Part shown: positions 13,916 to 25,532 of the stretch, piece by piece | Layout: each line of letters begins with the position of its first letter | Position numbering within the stretch: the stretch's first letter is position 1 | Assembly: GCA_964016885.1 (NCBI GenBank) | Contig: OZ024745.1 | Span: 99,882,001 to 99,946,000 of the forward strand | Source of the DNA: Eledone cirrhosa | Lineage: Eukaryota | Reading direction: 5' to 3' | DNA: 64,000 bases | Program-made: the position numbers and the translations under genes | Notes under the pieces: model-generated | What the model was told of the DNA's origin: nothing | The model's database searches: none | The model's input: only the letters and a program-made list of their open reading frames with translations

Positions 13916-14105
13916 AGGGCGGTGGATTGGCAGTATCAGTAGAGAGTCGGACACCATGCTTTGAAGCATAGAGTTACGTCCCTTTATGATCTGAGTTCAA
14001 ATCCTGCCGAGGTTAACTTTGCCTTTCATCCTTACGGGGGTCGATAAAATAAAAGTACCAGTAATGTACTGGGTAATTGCTGGCCTTGTGCCAAAAGTAG
14101 AAACA
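13916..14105 (+). mobile_element. Full-length tRNA-derived SINE with 19-bp TSD, flanked by two older copies of the same family
   Basis: GGCGGTGGATTGGCAG head, B-box GAGTTCAAATCC and the central domain. TSD ATTATTATATCAAGTTTTA at 13897-13915 and 14106-14124. Confidence 0.92.
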
Positions 14106-16237
14106 ATTATTATATCAAGTTTTATTTGGGTTGTAGATTGGTTGAGCATCTAACAAAATCCCTTGTAGCATTTAGTTACACCTCTTTACATTCTGATTTT
14201 GAATCCTGCAAAGGTCAATTTTGCCTTTCATCCTTTTGGGTCATAGAACTGGCATCTTAATCAACTATATCCTTCTCCAAAGTTTTTGAGAATTTTTGCT
14301 GTGGTTGAAAATAATTATTTCAAGTTTTATTACTGTTACATATTCTCATTGCAAAACATTGTCCAGTGGTGCTATTTTTGTGTATTGCAGGGCTGTGCAA
14401 TGTTTACCTATTATTCTGATGATAGTAGAAAACAATGTTAAAGTGATTTAAAATCTTGCCCAAATCAACGTCTTTCATCCTGTGACGCCTTCTCTCTTCT
14501 CTAAAATTAAAATAAATGTTAGTTAAGTACTGAGTTTAAAATCCAGATTTTTTTTTATATTTGGATTAGTTTTCAAGATATACAGTCAACTAATATTCAT
14601 TAGGGTTTTTAAAACCTTTTTGATAGCAACTTAGCCAAAACTGGCTTTGGTTCTATGAAACAAAACCCTTTATTTTAAAGGGTTCCTGTTTAAATTAAAA
14701 TTTTATATAAGAACCATATGTTAAATTACTGTCTAATTAATTGAAATAATATTGTTAGTAAATCACTCAAAATTCTTCATTAATTAATTGAAATAGAGTC
14801 TAGAGTCAGTGATGAAATGATTAAGGGGTCAATTTATTTTAATGCCATTTTCCATGCTAAAACAGGGTTTAAACTTGTAGGCTCCCTGACAAGCTTCAAC
14901 TTCCTTCCACATTCATTTCTATCACTCCTCTCACCCAGTCACTTTCACCATTCCCTAACACTGAACTAGAAATATACTAGAATTGGCTCAAGCATCTATA
15001 TCCCTACAGTAAAAATGTTGGTATAGTGCCCTGTTAAAAATAATCGCTATTATCATTACACGCATTCTAGATGATGCAAGGTACTCATTTACTTACAAAA
15101 TTTACTGTGTGATAAAAGGAGGACTTATTTAGTGCAAAATGAGATAGTACAGATATAGAGAACTAGACTGATGTATAGCGGGCTTTATCATTTTGAGCGC
15201 AAATGCTCATGTTTGATTGTCTTATCTTTTTTGGCTTAGCAAGAGGAAATATTTTGTAGACATTAAATATTTTGGATTTGGGATAATTGAAGGTGATAAC
15301 TGAGATTTGATTCATCTGATTCACTAAAATATATTTTATCAAACTATCATCACAAAGATGGACATATTTTATGGAAGTCAAAAGTTGAAATAAGACTTCA
15401 TTGATTGAAACTTAGCCAGAGCCAGAATTTGAAGAGTTTCTTTGTCAAGAGGATTTTTGTGAAAGATAGTAATGACATATTTTCCTGTTTTATTTATCTG
15501 TCTTCTAAAGTTATATCCCTTGAAAACTGCATATGTGGTTGTGCTTTAGGATGCCATGTTCTTTAAAAGTATGTTTGTAATTAGAAACTCTATAGCTATT
15601 TTAGGTTTTCTCTGTCATGGAGACTTTTATAAGAAACTAAAGCATCTGTTATGAGGAAGATAGAGATGGAACAATAAAAGTTTTGTATTTACAATTTCTT
15701 TCAAGTTAAACCAATAGTTATTTGCATGTATCCATTTTGCCACAAGTTAATTAAAGGCTACTAGATTATTTAGGCTGTTTAGCAATAGGTTAGACAAACA
15801 GCATATTTGCATGGGTAACATATCATAATACTCTTTCATAGCAAACACCAAGGCAGTTTAACTTAGGTCAGCTTAGTTCAGAGTTGATAATAAATGGCTA
15901 AATTTAGTAACTCTTAATTCATTTTTCAGAGAACATGAATAATTTAGAGGGTATGGTAAAAGACAAGAATTTGTTGGTTCATAACCTATCACCAGTATTG
16001 TTGGATCTGTGGCCAAGACACATCTCAAATAACCCAGTCTATCTGACTTGAAATAGGTTCTAAAGTGAAGGAGTGATTCACTGCTCTAAGTAAGATAGTC
16101 TATAAAATTAACAAGTGGTTTGTTAGCTTACAGTGCTCAGTTTAATAGCTTCTGTAGGTATATAAATACTTGCATGCATACACTTATACACAGGAATATA
16201 TATACACACACACACTCATACATATATATGTGATATA

Positions 16238-16720
16238 TCATCATCACCATTTAAAATCCATTTTCCATGCTTGCATGTGTTAGATGGGTCGTCCGCGCCG
16301 AGAGACAAGTCTGGCCAGAATTGGCCACCATGTACCTTGCTCCAACGGCACTGATAATGGCCAGAGCTTGAAATAGACATCACCGTTTAATGTCTATTTT
16401 CCATGCTTGTATGAGTGAGATGGCTGAGGCTTGACTAGTCAGGTGACTAGGTCCTGCTTGTATATTTTGTTTTGGTTTGGTTTCTATGGCTGGATGTCAT
16501 TCCTAATGCAAACCAGTTTACAGCATGTACTGAGAGCATGGTTTCTGGCTGGATGCCCTTCCTAACACCAACCACTTTACATTGTATATTGGGAACATTT
16601 TATTGTAACTCAGACACTACCACCTTACAAGATGGACTGGGTACTTTTCATCATGGCACTAGCACTACCACCTTACAAGGTAGGGTAGGTGTTTTTGTCA
16701 TGTTACCAGCACTAGGGTGC
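16238..16720 (-). mobile_element. Cluster of RTE-type 3'UTR/tail fragments
   Basis: (CAT)n tails, TTTTCCATGCTTG, GCTGGATGCCCTTCCTAACACCAACC and 40-bp unit remnants. Confidence 0.7.
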
Positions 16721-17445
16721 TCAGTGTACTTGATCTTGTTGGGGAGTATTCGTGGGGATTAAGGCTTTGGTATGGACATTGCATTACTGGAGATGGGGTG
16801 GGTCATGGTGGCCTTGAAGTTTATATGTATGTAAATGTTCATCTATGTATGCTTTTTTATGCATGTGTATATATTGGTATGTACATGTGGGTATGAGCTA
16901 GTATACATTATCCATATGCTTACGTGTATACATATGTATGTATGTATATATTTGGGATATAGGTGTGTGTATTTGCATGTGTGCACACTTGCTGTAATAC
17001 TCGGCCTTACCCAGGTTTATTAATCCTTAACATCCTATTCCACATGCAAGAAATTCTTGAAATGTGCCAAAACAACCCTATAACTGAATCCCATTAGAAT
17101 TTTAAGTCCTTATTTTAGTACTGCAGATTTTCACAATCTGTCAACTAATAAATATACACATTTGAATTAACAAACCTGCATTTAGACATTTTCTACTGAA
17201 TCATTACAAGAGTTAATACCTAAAATTTGATAGTAAGAAAAGGTAAAGTTGCCAGACAAAAAGTAGAATAAATTATTAAATTTTGGATTGTATTACTTGT
17301 ATTACTTGATTGTATTACTTGAAATGAAAATATTGCTAGTAAATTAAAGAAAAAGTAGAGGCAAAGTAGCTTTCTGATGCAGAATGGCTTTCCTTTTATT
17401 TTATCAATACGGAAATAACATTTCCAGCAATGAGAGACGTGTGTG

Positions 17446-17458
<13 letters not shown>

Positions 17459-17506
<48 letters not shown>
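17459..17506. repeat. (TA)n microsatellite
   Basis: Seen directly. Confidence 0.95.
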
Positions 17507-17509
<3 letters not shown>

Positions 17510-17590
17510 TGACTGAATACACACGTGTTCCCCCCCCCCCCTGCTTTCTCTTCTCTCATTTTTGTCCACGTTCTGTCCTCTTCTCACTCT

Positions 17591-17622
17591 ATCTTCTGAT
17601 GAAGTGTCTGAAACGTTAAGAT
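17591..17622 (+). ncRNA. Minimal type I hammerhead ribozyme motif in a Penelope-like pLTR fragment (about 17510-17710)
   Basis: Stem I ATCTT/AAGAT, core CTGATGA, stem II AG-tgt-CT, GAAAC, GTT triplet. Stem III is reduced to the palindrome AACGTT. Confidence 0.65.
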
Positions 17623-17939
17623 GCTTTTCCAGCCATTTCAAGCGTTAAACTACTATATTTCTTCAATGTACTGTGTTGTTTGCTTTGTTATTTCTGTTTA
17701 CCTTTTACATACATATATATAATCATAAAGTCAATTTTAGTTCAATGCCCAACTTTAAATCATAACCATTAAGCTACCACTACTCTACCTAGCTGGATGC
17801 TCATGTAATATCAGAAATCCATGCCCTCTAGAGGGGGAATGTAAGACAGAGGTCATAGTGTACGATTCAACAGTAAAATCGTCAAACCCAGATCGCACTA
17901 CCAATCTCAAGCATTATATTGGTCTTGCGGGATAACAGT

Positions 17940-18134
17940 TTAACCCTTTAGCATTTACATTATTCTATATTTACTATCATATTTTCATGGTAAAGGCTTT
18001 ACCTTACATAATTAACTCACATAATATCGAATCTACAAGATTTAAATATTATCTATTTTAACATAAGTATAAGCGGCTGGTTACAGCTGGTTTGAACAGA
18101 AAGAGGTAACAGAATTCTGGCCAGATACGGCCGG
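17940..18134. mobile_element. Non-autonomous TTAACCC-starting DNA element fragment
   Basis: Starts TTAACCCTTTAGCATT and abuts the Penelope fragment at GCCGGTTTAAA. Confidence 0.45.
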
Positions 18135-18385
18135 TTTAAAGAACACTACAACAACCATGTGGCATCATTTTGGTAACAGAAGAAAAAGGACATGACCAAG
18201 CTCTCTTGCCATGTATGGAAGCAGAAAGAGGGCTCTACTGATTACAACACCAGCTGGAAGATAGCAGCAAAATGTAAACCCTACATCAATGGTTCTAAGA
18301 GGTGTGGACTTTGCAACACAAAGAGATAGCTTATATGGAAAAATTCAAACTTGTGCCTCAACTCGAGGAATGAGATATGCATAGC
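18135..18385 (+). mobile_element. Penelope-like element GIY-YIG endonuclease C-terminal remnant (pseudogenised)
   Basis: Own translation: FKEHYNNHVASFW*QKKKDMTKLSCHVWKQKEGSTDYNTSWKIAAKCKPYINGSKRCGLCNTKR*LIWKNSNLCLNSRNEI. This matches the PLE pattern FK.RYNNH..SF / LS.YIW / KRC.LC / LN.RSE. Confidence 0.8.
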
Positions 18386-18809
18386 ACAACATATATTCTC
18401 CGGTTTTTATCAAATATCCAGACACTCACCAGTCACCACAGATAACATGATCCAAGGCTACTGGACAACCACCCTAACCTTTTTGGAAACCAAATAACGA
18501 AACATTTCAGATCAAAAAGACTAAGAATATTTTACCTCTCCTGCACCGATTAAAAAATATATGGGTGTGTGCGGATGTATGCATGTGTGTGTTTCCATTC
18601 ATAGATGTAGATACGTATGTGTGTGTGAGTTTTGTACGTATCTTACACGTATCCTGGTGGACTTTTTTCAGGAGGGACTTTATGGAAGTATCACCGTCGG
18701 TGACGAACGAAGTAATATCAACGAAGTAATATCCGATTACCTAGAAAGTAATACATCAGTTTGCGTGTATTTTATATATATTTATATAATTCACTGACTC
18801 ACATATACT

Positions 18810-18844
<35 letters not shown>

Positions 18845-18849
18845 ATGTA

Positions 18850-19022
18850 GTTGACGACCGAAATAAAAGAGTACTCAATACTAAAGTAGAGTTTAAATAT
18901 TCATTTTATTATGGCTAAATAGTAAGTCTCGTTACTCTGCAGGTTCGCCTGGTTCTCACGAGGTCATCATGATGATCCTGTGAGAAGCAGGCGAAACTGC
19001 AGAGTATCAAGACTCACTATTT
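18850..19022 (-). mobile_element. Penelope-like 3' end with fold-back palindrome (about 18926-19015) carrying hammerhead half-motifs
   Basis: Arms mirror around TCATCATGATGA. The right arm reads TGATGA-T-CCTG..CAGG-C-GAAACT-GCAG-AGTA. The minus strand continues AATAAA...ACTCTACT..AGTATTGAGTACT. Flanked by TA/TG microsatellites. Confidence 0.6.
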
Positions 19023-19039
19023 ATCCTTAATAAAATGAC

Positions 19040-19150
19040 TGTGTGTGTATATATATATATATACACACACACACACATACTGTGTATGTATATATATACA
19101 CACACACACACATACTGTATATGTATATATATACACACATACTGTGTATG

Positions 19151-19182
<32 letters not shown>
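19040..19182. repeat. Compound (TA)/(CA)/(GA) microsatellite
   Basis: Seen directly. Confidence 0.9.
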
Positions 19183-19839
19183 TAGCATTGAAAATTGTGA
19201 CCCAGAAGCCATTGCAAAGTTATTTCCCTTGAAATAATTTTTTGGTTTGTTTATGGTGGAGAATACGTAGCTTTTATGTATGTATTTATATATTTCAGAG
19301 TGTAGTTCTAATGAATAACCACTAGAAAACGTGTCGATTAGTTGGGTTTTTTAAATAGTTTTTTGCTCGTATTTCTCTATTCGTAATGTGGTCATCATGT
19401 TTGGACATAGTACGATATTTTCCCAGAATTTTGTTCTTTACCGCCATTCGGCCTTGATTAATGAGACGGGATTGACATAGTCGGGACACTTTGGTCATGT
19501 CTTTTTTTATTCTCGGACTTATATATCAAAGACTATATTTTATAGACGTGCAAGCATATTTTTTTTTAATGTTATAATTAACTGCTATTTCTAGTAGGTT
19601 CGAGAACCATATATATGATTATTTCCAGTACCGTGTTAGAATATCTTCACACCATCTAAAATCCCTACCTCAGAACGAAATCAGTCGGTTTTTCATGTAT
19701 TAATTTCTATTTAAAATAAAGTACATGAATATCTTAAAATTTTATTCACAAACATGGATAACTGATTTCTTAAATCTGTTAAAATGGATTTAATGTATTT
19801 ACATTATCATTATTTGTGGTCAATAAAGAAAGTATTTTT

Positions 19840-20143
19840 TATTATTATTATTATTTCCATTATTTTTATTGCGCATCATTACTGCTTTACCGAACACAGT
19901 TCTGTGCGGCTTTGGTATGAGTGTAGTTTTTGCTGGTGTCGTTTCTATTGTATTGATAGTACTCTTCGTAATGTGTGTGCAGTGCCTAGTAGTGCTATCT
20001 TTTGTATGTTGTATATATTTGTAAGTCCTGGGGTTTGGGTTATGTATTTGTCTGTGTTTTTTTTTTTTATCATTTCTAGAGCACCTATTATTATAGGTAT
20101 TGTTTCTGTTTTCATTTTCCACATTTAAGTTATTTCTATCTCT
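19840..20143 (-). mobile_element. R4/Dong-like RLE non-LTR retrotransposon 3' end
   Basis: Minus strand reads approximately MWKMKTETIPIIIGALEMI...IQKIALLGTAHTLRRVLSIQ, followed by a (TAA)n tail. Confidence 0.7.
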
Positions 20144-20148
20144 TGACT

Positions 20149-20325
20149 GTATCAGTAGAGCGCCAGACACTGCTTTGAGCATAGTTATGGCCCTTTACGC
20201 CCTGAGTTCAAATCCCGTCGAGGTTAACTTTGTCTTTCATCCTTACGGGGTCGTTAAAATAAAACACCAGTAATGCACTGGGGGTAATTTCTGGCCTTTT
20301 GCCAAAAGTAGAAACACCATTATTA
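20149..20325 (+). mobile_element. tRNA-derived SINE
   Basis: Same B-box, central domain and tail as the copy at 13916. Confidence 0.85.
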
Positions 20326-20540
20326 CTAGCAGAAAAACCACCCTTCGGGTGGTTTCTGCTTGCATGTCTAGTGTGTATATTGATATTATACGCAAGTATA
20401 TATGCATGTAGATATGATACATCAAATAATATCGTAATTGACAATATACACAGAAATTGAATGAAGACTGTTACACTCCCTTATGTAATTAGTAACGTAT
20501 TCCATCGTACATTAAAAAAAGACGATATTATATATAAACT
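20326..20540 (-). mobile_element. Short non-autonomous Helitron (probable)
   Basis: Minus strand ends with hairpin AAACCACCC-GAA-GGGTGGTTT, then CTGCTAG|T. The 5' end is decayed. Confidence 0.5.
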
Positions 20541-20772
20541 GCATTAGGAGAAAATTAATTACGGGAATATCATCATCATCATTATCATCATCTTCGTTTA
20601 ACGCCCATCTTCCACGCTAGCATGGAATGAATGTTTATTTAAGCGATAGCTAACCGAAAGTGTTGACATTTGAAAATGTTAAAGAAGTGAATCTTTAAAT
20701 AAGTAATAAAATATATTTAATGAACAGCCACGAAATTTAGTAGATAAATTATGTAATATTCATTCATTATTT

Positions 20773-20914
20773 GCATAGTTATGTCCCTTAACGATCTGAG
20801 TTCAAATCCCGCCGAGGTTAGCTTTGCCTTTCATCCTTACGGGGTCGATAAAATAAAGTGCCAGTAATGCACTGGGTAATTGCTGGCCTTGTGCCAAAAA
20901 GTAGAAACAATTAT
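20773..20914 (+). mobile_element. 5'-truncated tRNA-derived SINE
   Basis: B-box, central domain and tail present. Confidence 0.85.
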
Positions 20915-21079
20915 TTATTCAAAGTAATCCAACTTATTTTACAAACGGGATAAAAAAATATATTCTGGATACAGTCCCGCACTCCTTACTTTATTATAGT
21001 TTAGATTATTATTAACTGTAATGTTCTGTGCCGTCCTTGTCCTCTAAATGTAAGTCCTGTGTGGTTAAAGAAACCATTA

Positions 21080-21395
21080 TTATTTTATTTTTATTGCATG
21101 TCGTCACTGTATTACCAAGAACAGCTCTATGTGCCTGGGTACATGTGTTTTTGGTGGTGTTGTTTCTGTTGTACTCTACGTAATATCTGTACAGTGCCTA
21201 GTAGTGCTATTGTCTATATGTTGTATATATTTGTAGGTCCTGGGGTTTGGGATATGTATTTAATCTTTTTTGTTTATCATTCTCAGAGCACCTATTATTA
21301 TAGGTATTGTTTCTGTTTCATCAACCAAATTCTGATTATTTCTATCTCTAGATCTTTATATGTTTGTAATTTCTCCATTTCCTTGGTAATTATTT
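21080..21395 (-). mobile_element. R4/Dong-like 3' end (second copy)
   Basis: Homologous to 19840-20143 (KYKDLEIEI...IALLGTVQILRRV). AAT repeats nearby. Confidence 0.7.
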
Positions 21396-22069
21396 TATAA
21401 AATAATAATAATACAAGAAGGGATAAATATTCTGTTTGAATAATTATCATTCTTTTGCCTAAAATTCATTTTCTTTAACTAAGTTCAAGATTCTACTCAA
21501 TCACTTTTTCTTAGACCCTGCCTTATCATTTTCTGGAAATAATTTTTTTATGTGTATGTTATAAGTTAGGGTTCCAGTAAAATCCGTTCAATTCATGCCC
21601 AATTTTTCATCTATACTAATATTTCTACTGTATATTACCATCATTATCGTTTAACATCTGTTTTCCATGCTAGCATGAGTTAGACGGGTTGTCCTGTTTG
21701 AAGCAAATTGGGTCAGGTGACCATGTTTTGCTCATACAGAACTGTTTCTGGCTTGGTTTCTGCAGCTGGGAACCCTTCCGAACGCCAACCACATTTACAA
21801 TGTGTGATGGTATTTTCCAATCATAAGTGTGACTGTTTCCGTTGCCATGTTGATGTATGTTATATTGGTTTGTAAAAAGCATTTTATTTTGTCTCTTCAA
21901 TTATTTAATCTCTGTGTTGCTAATTTATAAACATCAATTCTCTGTTGTTATTAATACTTTTAGTTTCATGAGCATGTATAGCATGATCATTGACTCACAT
22001 AATTATTTCACACTACTTGAAATCAAACTAGGCATTTACAAAAATATCAATTAACCATATTGTCTACAT

Positions 22070-22278
22070 AGTGTTGTGTTCCATACTCCTCATATCTGGC
22101 ACTCCAAGATTGGCTCATTCTTTGATATCAAACTATTGAAGTCTTTAGTGTTGCATTCCATACATCTCATATCTTGCACTCCAAGCTTGGCTCATTCTTT
22201 GATCTATTGAAGTCTTTAGTGTTGCATTCCATATTCCTCATATCTGGCACTCCAAGCTTAGTTCATTCTTTGATATCA
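22070..22278. repeat. ~71-76-bp tandem repeat, 3 units
   Basis: TAGTGTTG..TTCCATA..CTCATATCT.GCACTCCAAG.TT.G.TCATTCTTTGAT at 22070, 22146 and 22217. Confidence 0.9.
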
Positions 22279-23164
22279 GTCTTTACTGCTGAATAGTCTT
22301 CTATTTTTGTCTTCACTGTTACACTTTATATAACATTTTCTTTCAACGTTCTCACTTATTCTGCTGATCTGAGTTGAGAAAATGACTAGATGGAGGAAGG
22401 CATTGACTGGACAAAGTGCGTTTGTAATGTGAATGGATGCTTGTAATGTGGATAAGTATATCAAAGAATGTGAATGGTATGTAAATGGATTATGATGTAT
22501 GATGAGTAGATAACCCAAATAAAGTTCAAGTAATTAAGGCAGACCTTATTTGTGATGTCACAAGATAGCAAGTGCCTGCTGTTTTGCATATGTATCCTAA
22601 CAGTTATTAAACATCTGATGGTGATGATGGCAAATGTTTTACTGATCTTTATTATATAAATGTTTTGAACAGAAACTTCATGAACATCTATTTCTCTCTT
22701 CAGACTCAAATGTTTTTTTCTGAGTTAGCAAAGACAAAGTAGTTAGTCATTTGGTTTAATCCAATGTTTCTTTTCCCTCATCTAATATCATATGTATTTT
22801 GGGACAAATCCAAATATCACTCCATTTTAACTTTATCAAACATGACCTATATTTTGTTAGTAGTATAGTACCCGTCAAAAATGGTGTGTGTATAGTGAAA
22901 ATCAAATATTTAATTAAATGCTTGAATCTGTCTTTGCCCTTTCCCTCCAAGGTAGCAATAGCAGCAGGAATAGTAGTAGCAGCAGCAGTGGTAGTGGTAG
23001 AAGTAGTCATAGCAATAACCATCGCAGTATTCATAGTAGTGATGGTCATCAACAGCAAGAATTGCAGGGTCAAATTCATTGTCAATAGTAATAAGAACTC
23101 TTCCTCCCCTCCCCATTGTAAAATCTGTCACCACTTCCTAGACTCACACATTTCTTGTTTTTAT

Positions 23165-23352
23165 TATAATTGTTTCTACTTTTGGCACAAGGCCAGCAAT
23201 TAGCCCAGTTCATTGCTGGAACTTTATTTTATCGACCCCGTAAGGATGAAAGGCAAAGTTAACCTCGGCGGCATTTGAACTCAGATCATAAAGGGAGGTA
23301 ACTCTATGCTTCAAAGCATGGCGTCTGACCCTCTACCATACCGCCAATCCAA
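23165..23352 (-). mobile_element. tRNA-derived SINE (older copy follows at about 23415-23580)
   Basis: Reverse complement of the 13916 family. Confidence 0.85.
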
Positions 23353-23849
23353 TGATTGTTTCTCTTGTCTAAAGGTTTGAATCTTTACTTTCTTTCTGCT
23401 TCACATAAATAATGGTTTTTAATTTATGTACAAGGTCAGCAGTTTTTGAAAGGTAGGGGAAAGTTAACTGGAACTTTATTTTATCAACCCCCTGAAGGAT
23501 GAAAGTCAAAGTTAACCTTGGCAGGATCTAAAATCAGAATGTATAGAGCTGAAACAAACATTACAAAGCATTTCATTCTACCACCCTTGCTTCAGAATTT
23601 AAATAAGCAAGTTCTTTTAACTTCATTATGTATTCAGTACCATAGAAATTGTTGTAATGAAATTCTAGAGTGATACTACCTGTATATGACTTGAGGTGTC
23701 AAAATAATTAAAGTAGATAGTGTTTTTGTCTCTTGACTACAGTATTTTGTATTTGTATCCTACCATAGAGAACACATAATGGTAGTGGAAAAATGTTGAC
23801 TATCTCTCACCTCATTTACTGACTAAATAAACAGGTTTTGTGTTTCGGA

Positions 23850-24826
23850 TACCTAAATATGGAATGTTACGTGATGGGGCTCCCCCACAGCCCTGGCGGA
23901 CAGGATGGAGAAGGCATTCCCACGGAGGACGGCTAGGGAGACGTGCTGGAAAAGCCACTCCAACTCGCGGGGCTCACACCTGTGGCTGGCCAGCTCAGCG
24001 CCTATGGTGGTGAGTAGGGAGGTAGCCCTGGGGCCGAGGACACCAGAAGTCTCCACTGCCAGGGGTACAACTGCAAACCTGTCGGAGAGCGACCAGTATT
24101 TGAGAAGCTTGGCCTCCTCAGCCCGACATGCAGCAGAACCTGGGTTAGTGGCAGGAGAGATATGTGGGTGTAGCACGGAGCGCTGCGGAGGGTGTAGAGG
24201 AGCTTCGGCGTGGCGAAGCAGTTCCTCAACAGAAAGAGAGCTGGGTGGCCGTCGATCAGGCCCAGTTGGATCGTGAGAGTCTGGAGTTGTTGAAGCCTGG
24301 ACCTGATGGTGGCGCGGATGGCCAGCGGGTGGATTGGTGACCCGAGGATGAGGACATCCTCTTTGGGGGGTCACCTGTACCTGGTGGAGAATGGGCCGCA
24401 TGTCCGAGATGGAGGCTGCAAAGCTCTCAGCATCGTGGCTGACATTCACCACCTCCGACTTTGCCGAGTTGACCTGGAGGCCGATTCCCGCCAGGGCAGG
24501 AACCACTGATTGTAGGTCATGGCAGACAGTCTGTACGGGCCCGCCCAACGTAGCATCATCCAGATACCAAACGTTGAGAGGGGCCGTGATTCTCCGGGCG
24601 ATGTGGTCTATACCAAGGGCAAACAGGAGGGGTCCCAAAGGGTCGCCCTGTTGGACCCCAGTAACCGAAGGTATGACCATATCAGCAGGAAGGAGCATGC
24701 TTGGGGCTCCATACGACAGGTAGGGCAGAGGGGGCTCGGCTGAGGCAGACATCGAGCAGATGGTACCGGCACAAGCAGTTGAAGGCATTCCTCATGTCAA
24801 GCTTGACAATGAGGTGCCTGTAGTCT
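23850..24826 (-). mobile_element. CRE-clade (RLE-type) non-LTR retrotransposon, 5'-truncated and internally deleted
   Basis: RT motifs KLDMRNAFN, GVQQGDPLGPLLF, WYLDD and GLQVNSAKSE, then PKLLYTLRSAP joined directly to the RLE tail AEEAKLLKY...PLAVETSG..G...WLFQHVSLAVLRGNA. Visibly GC-rich. Confidence 0.85.
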
Positions 24827-25310
24827 TGGTAACAGATTGGGGGAAACAATAATAGAGAAAATAACTAGAAATTAATGACTAGTTTAGTGAATTACAGTAT
24901 TGAAAACATATCCTTACTGAGCAAATGACTTTGTAAATTAAAATTTGTGGTTGATAAGATCAGTTATCCCATTTTTCTCGTTGCTTAAAGCTTTTTTACC
25001 ACACCTTAACTTGATCAATTCTGAGGATCTATAATATTCATAGTTTTCTAAGACTTACATCTATGGTTCCAGTAATATAGACCATAATATTTTCACTTGA
25101 AATAAGATGACAGTTTATTATAGCAAATCATATATTTTACAGACTTATTGGTTGCATTCTTTACACAGAGTATCATTTTCTATTTATCGTGTTGTTGTTT
25201 TTATCAAGGTCAGTGTACAACTTATATAAAACCAAAGCCAAAATATGTGTTAGCATTGAGTCGCTTTTAGTTAGGACTTATGGTCAAAAGTATTTCAAGC
25301 ATGGCTATCC

Positions 25311-25532
25311 TTTTTTTTTTTTTTAGTATAACCAGAAATATTTGATCTGATATGTCCTTTTTTAAGATGAAGTGTGGTTTGGAGGAGATTTGGCTGCTAT
25401 TTCTAAATAGGTCAAGTAACCAATTACTTGACTTATTAGAAATAGTAGCCAAATCTTCCCCTAACCACACTTCATCTTAAAAAAGGACATATCAGATAAA
25501 ATATTTTTGATTATACTACATTAAAAAAAAAA
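25311..25532. repeat. Fold-back inverted repeat, arms about 100 bp
   Basis: TCTGATATGTCCTTTTTTAAGATGAAGTGTGGTT...TCAAGTAA, a short spacer, then TTACTTGA...AACCACACTTCATCTTAAAAAAGGACATATCAGA. Confidence 0.9.

Noticed and set aside
13916-14010. tRNA-like A/B boxes
   Set aside because: SINE head with no complete cloverleaf; multi-copy with a TSD.
18697-18760. Possible hammerhead (GTGACGA...GAAAG) after the GIY-YIG remnant
   Set aside because: The core C is mutated, a 14-bp duplication disrupts stem II and there is no convincing stem I.
22756-23203. Thr/Ala-rich and Val-rich overlapping ORFs
   Set aside because: Degenerate (GTA/GCA)n trinucleotide tract with no splice or homology support.
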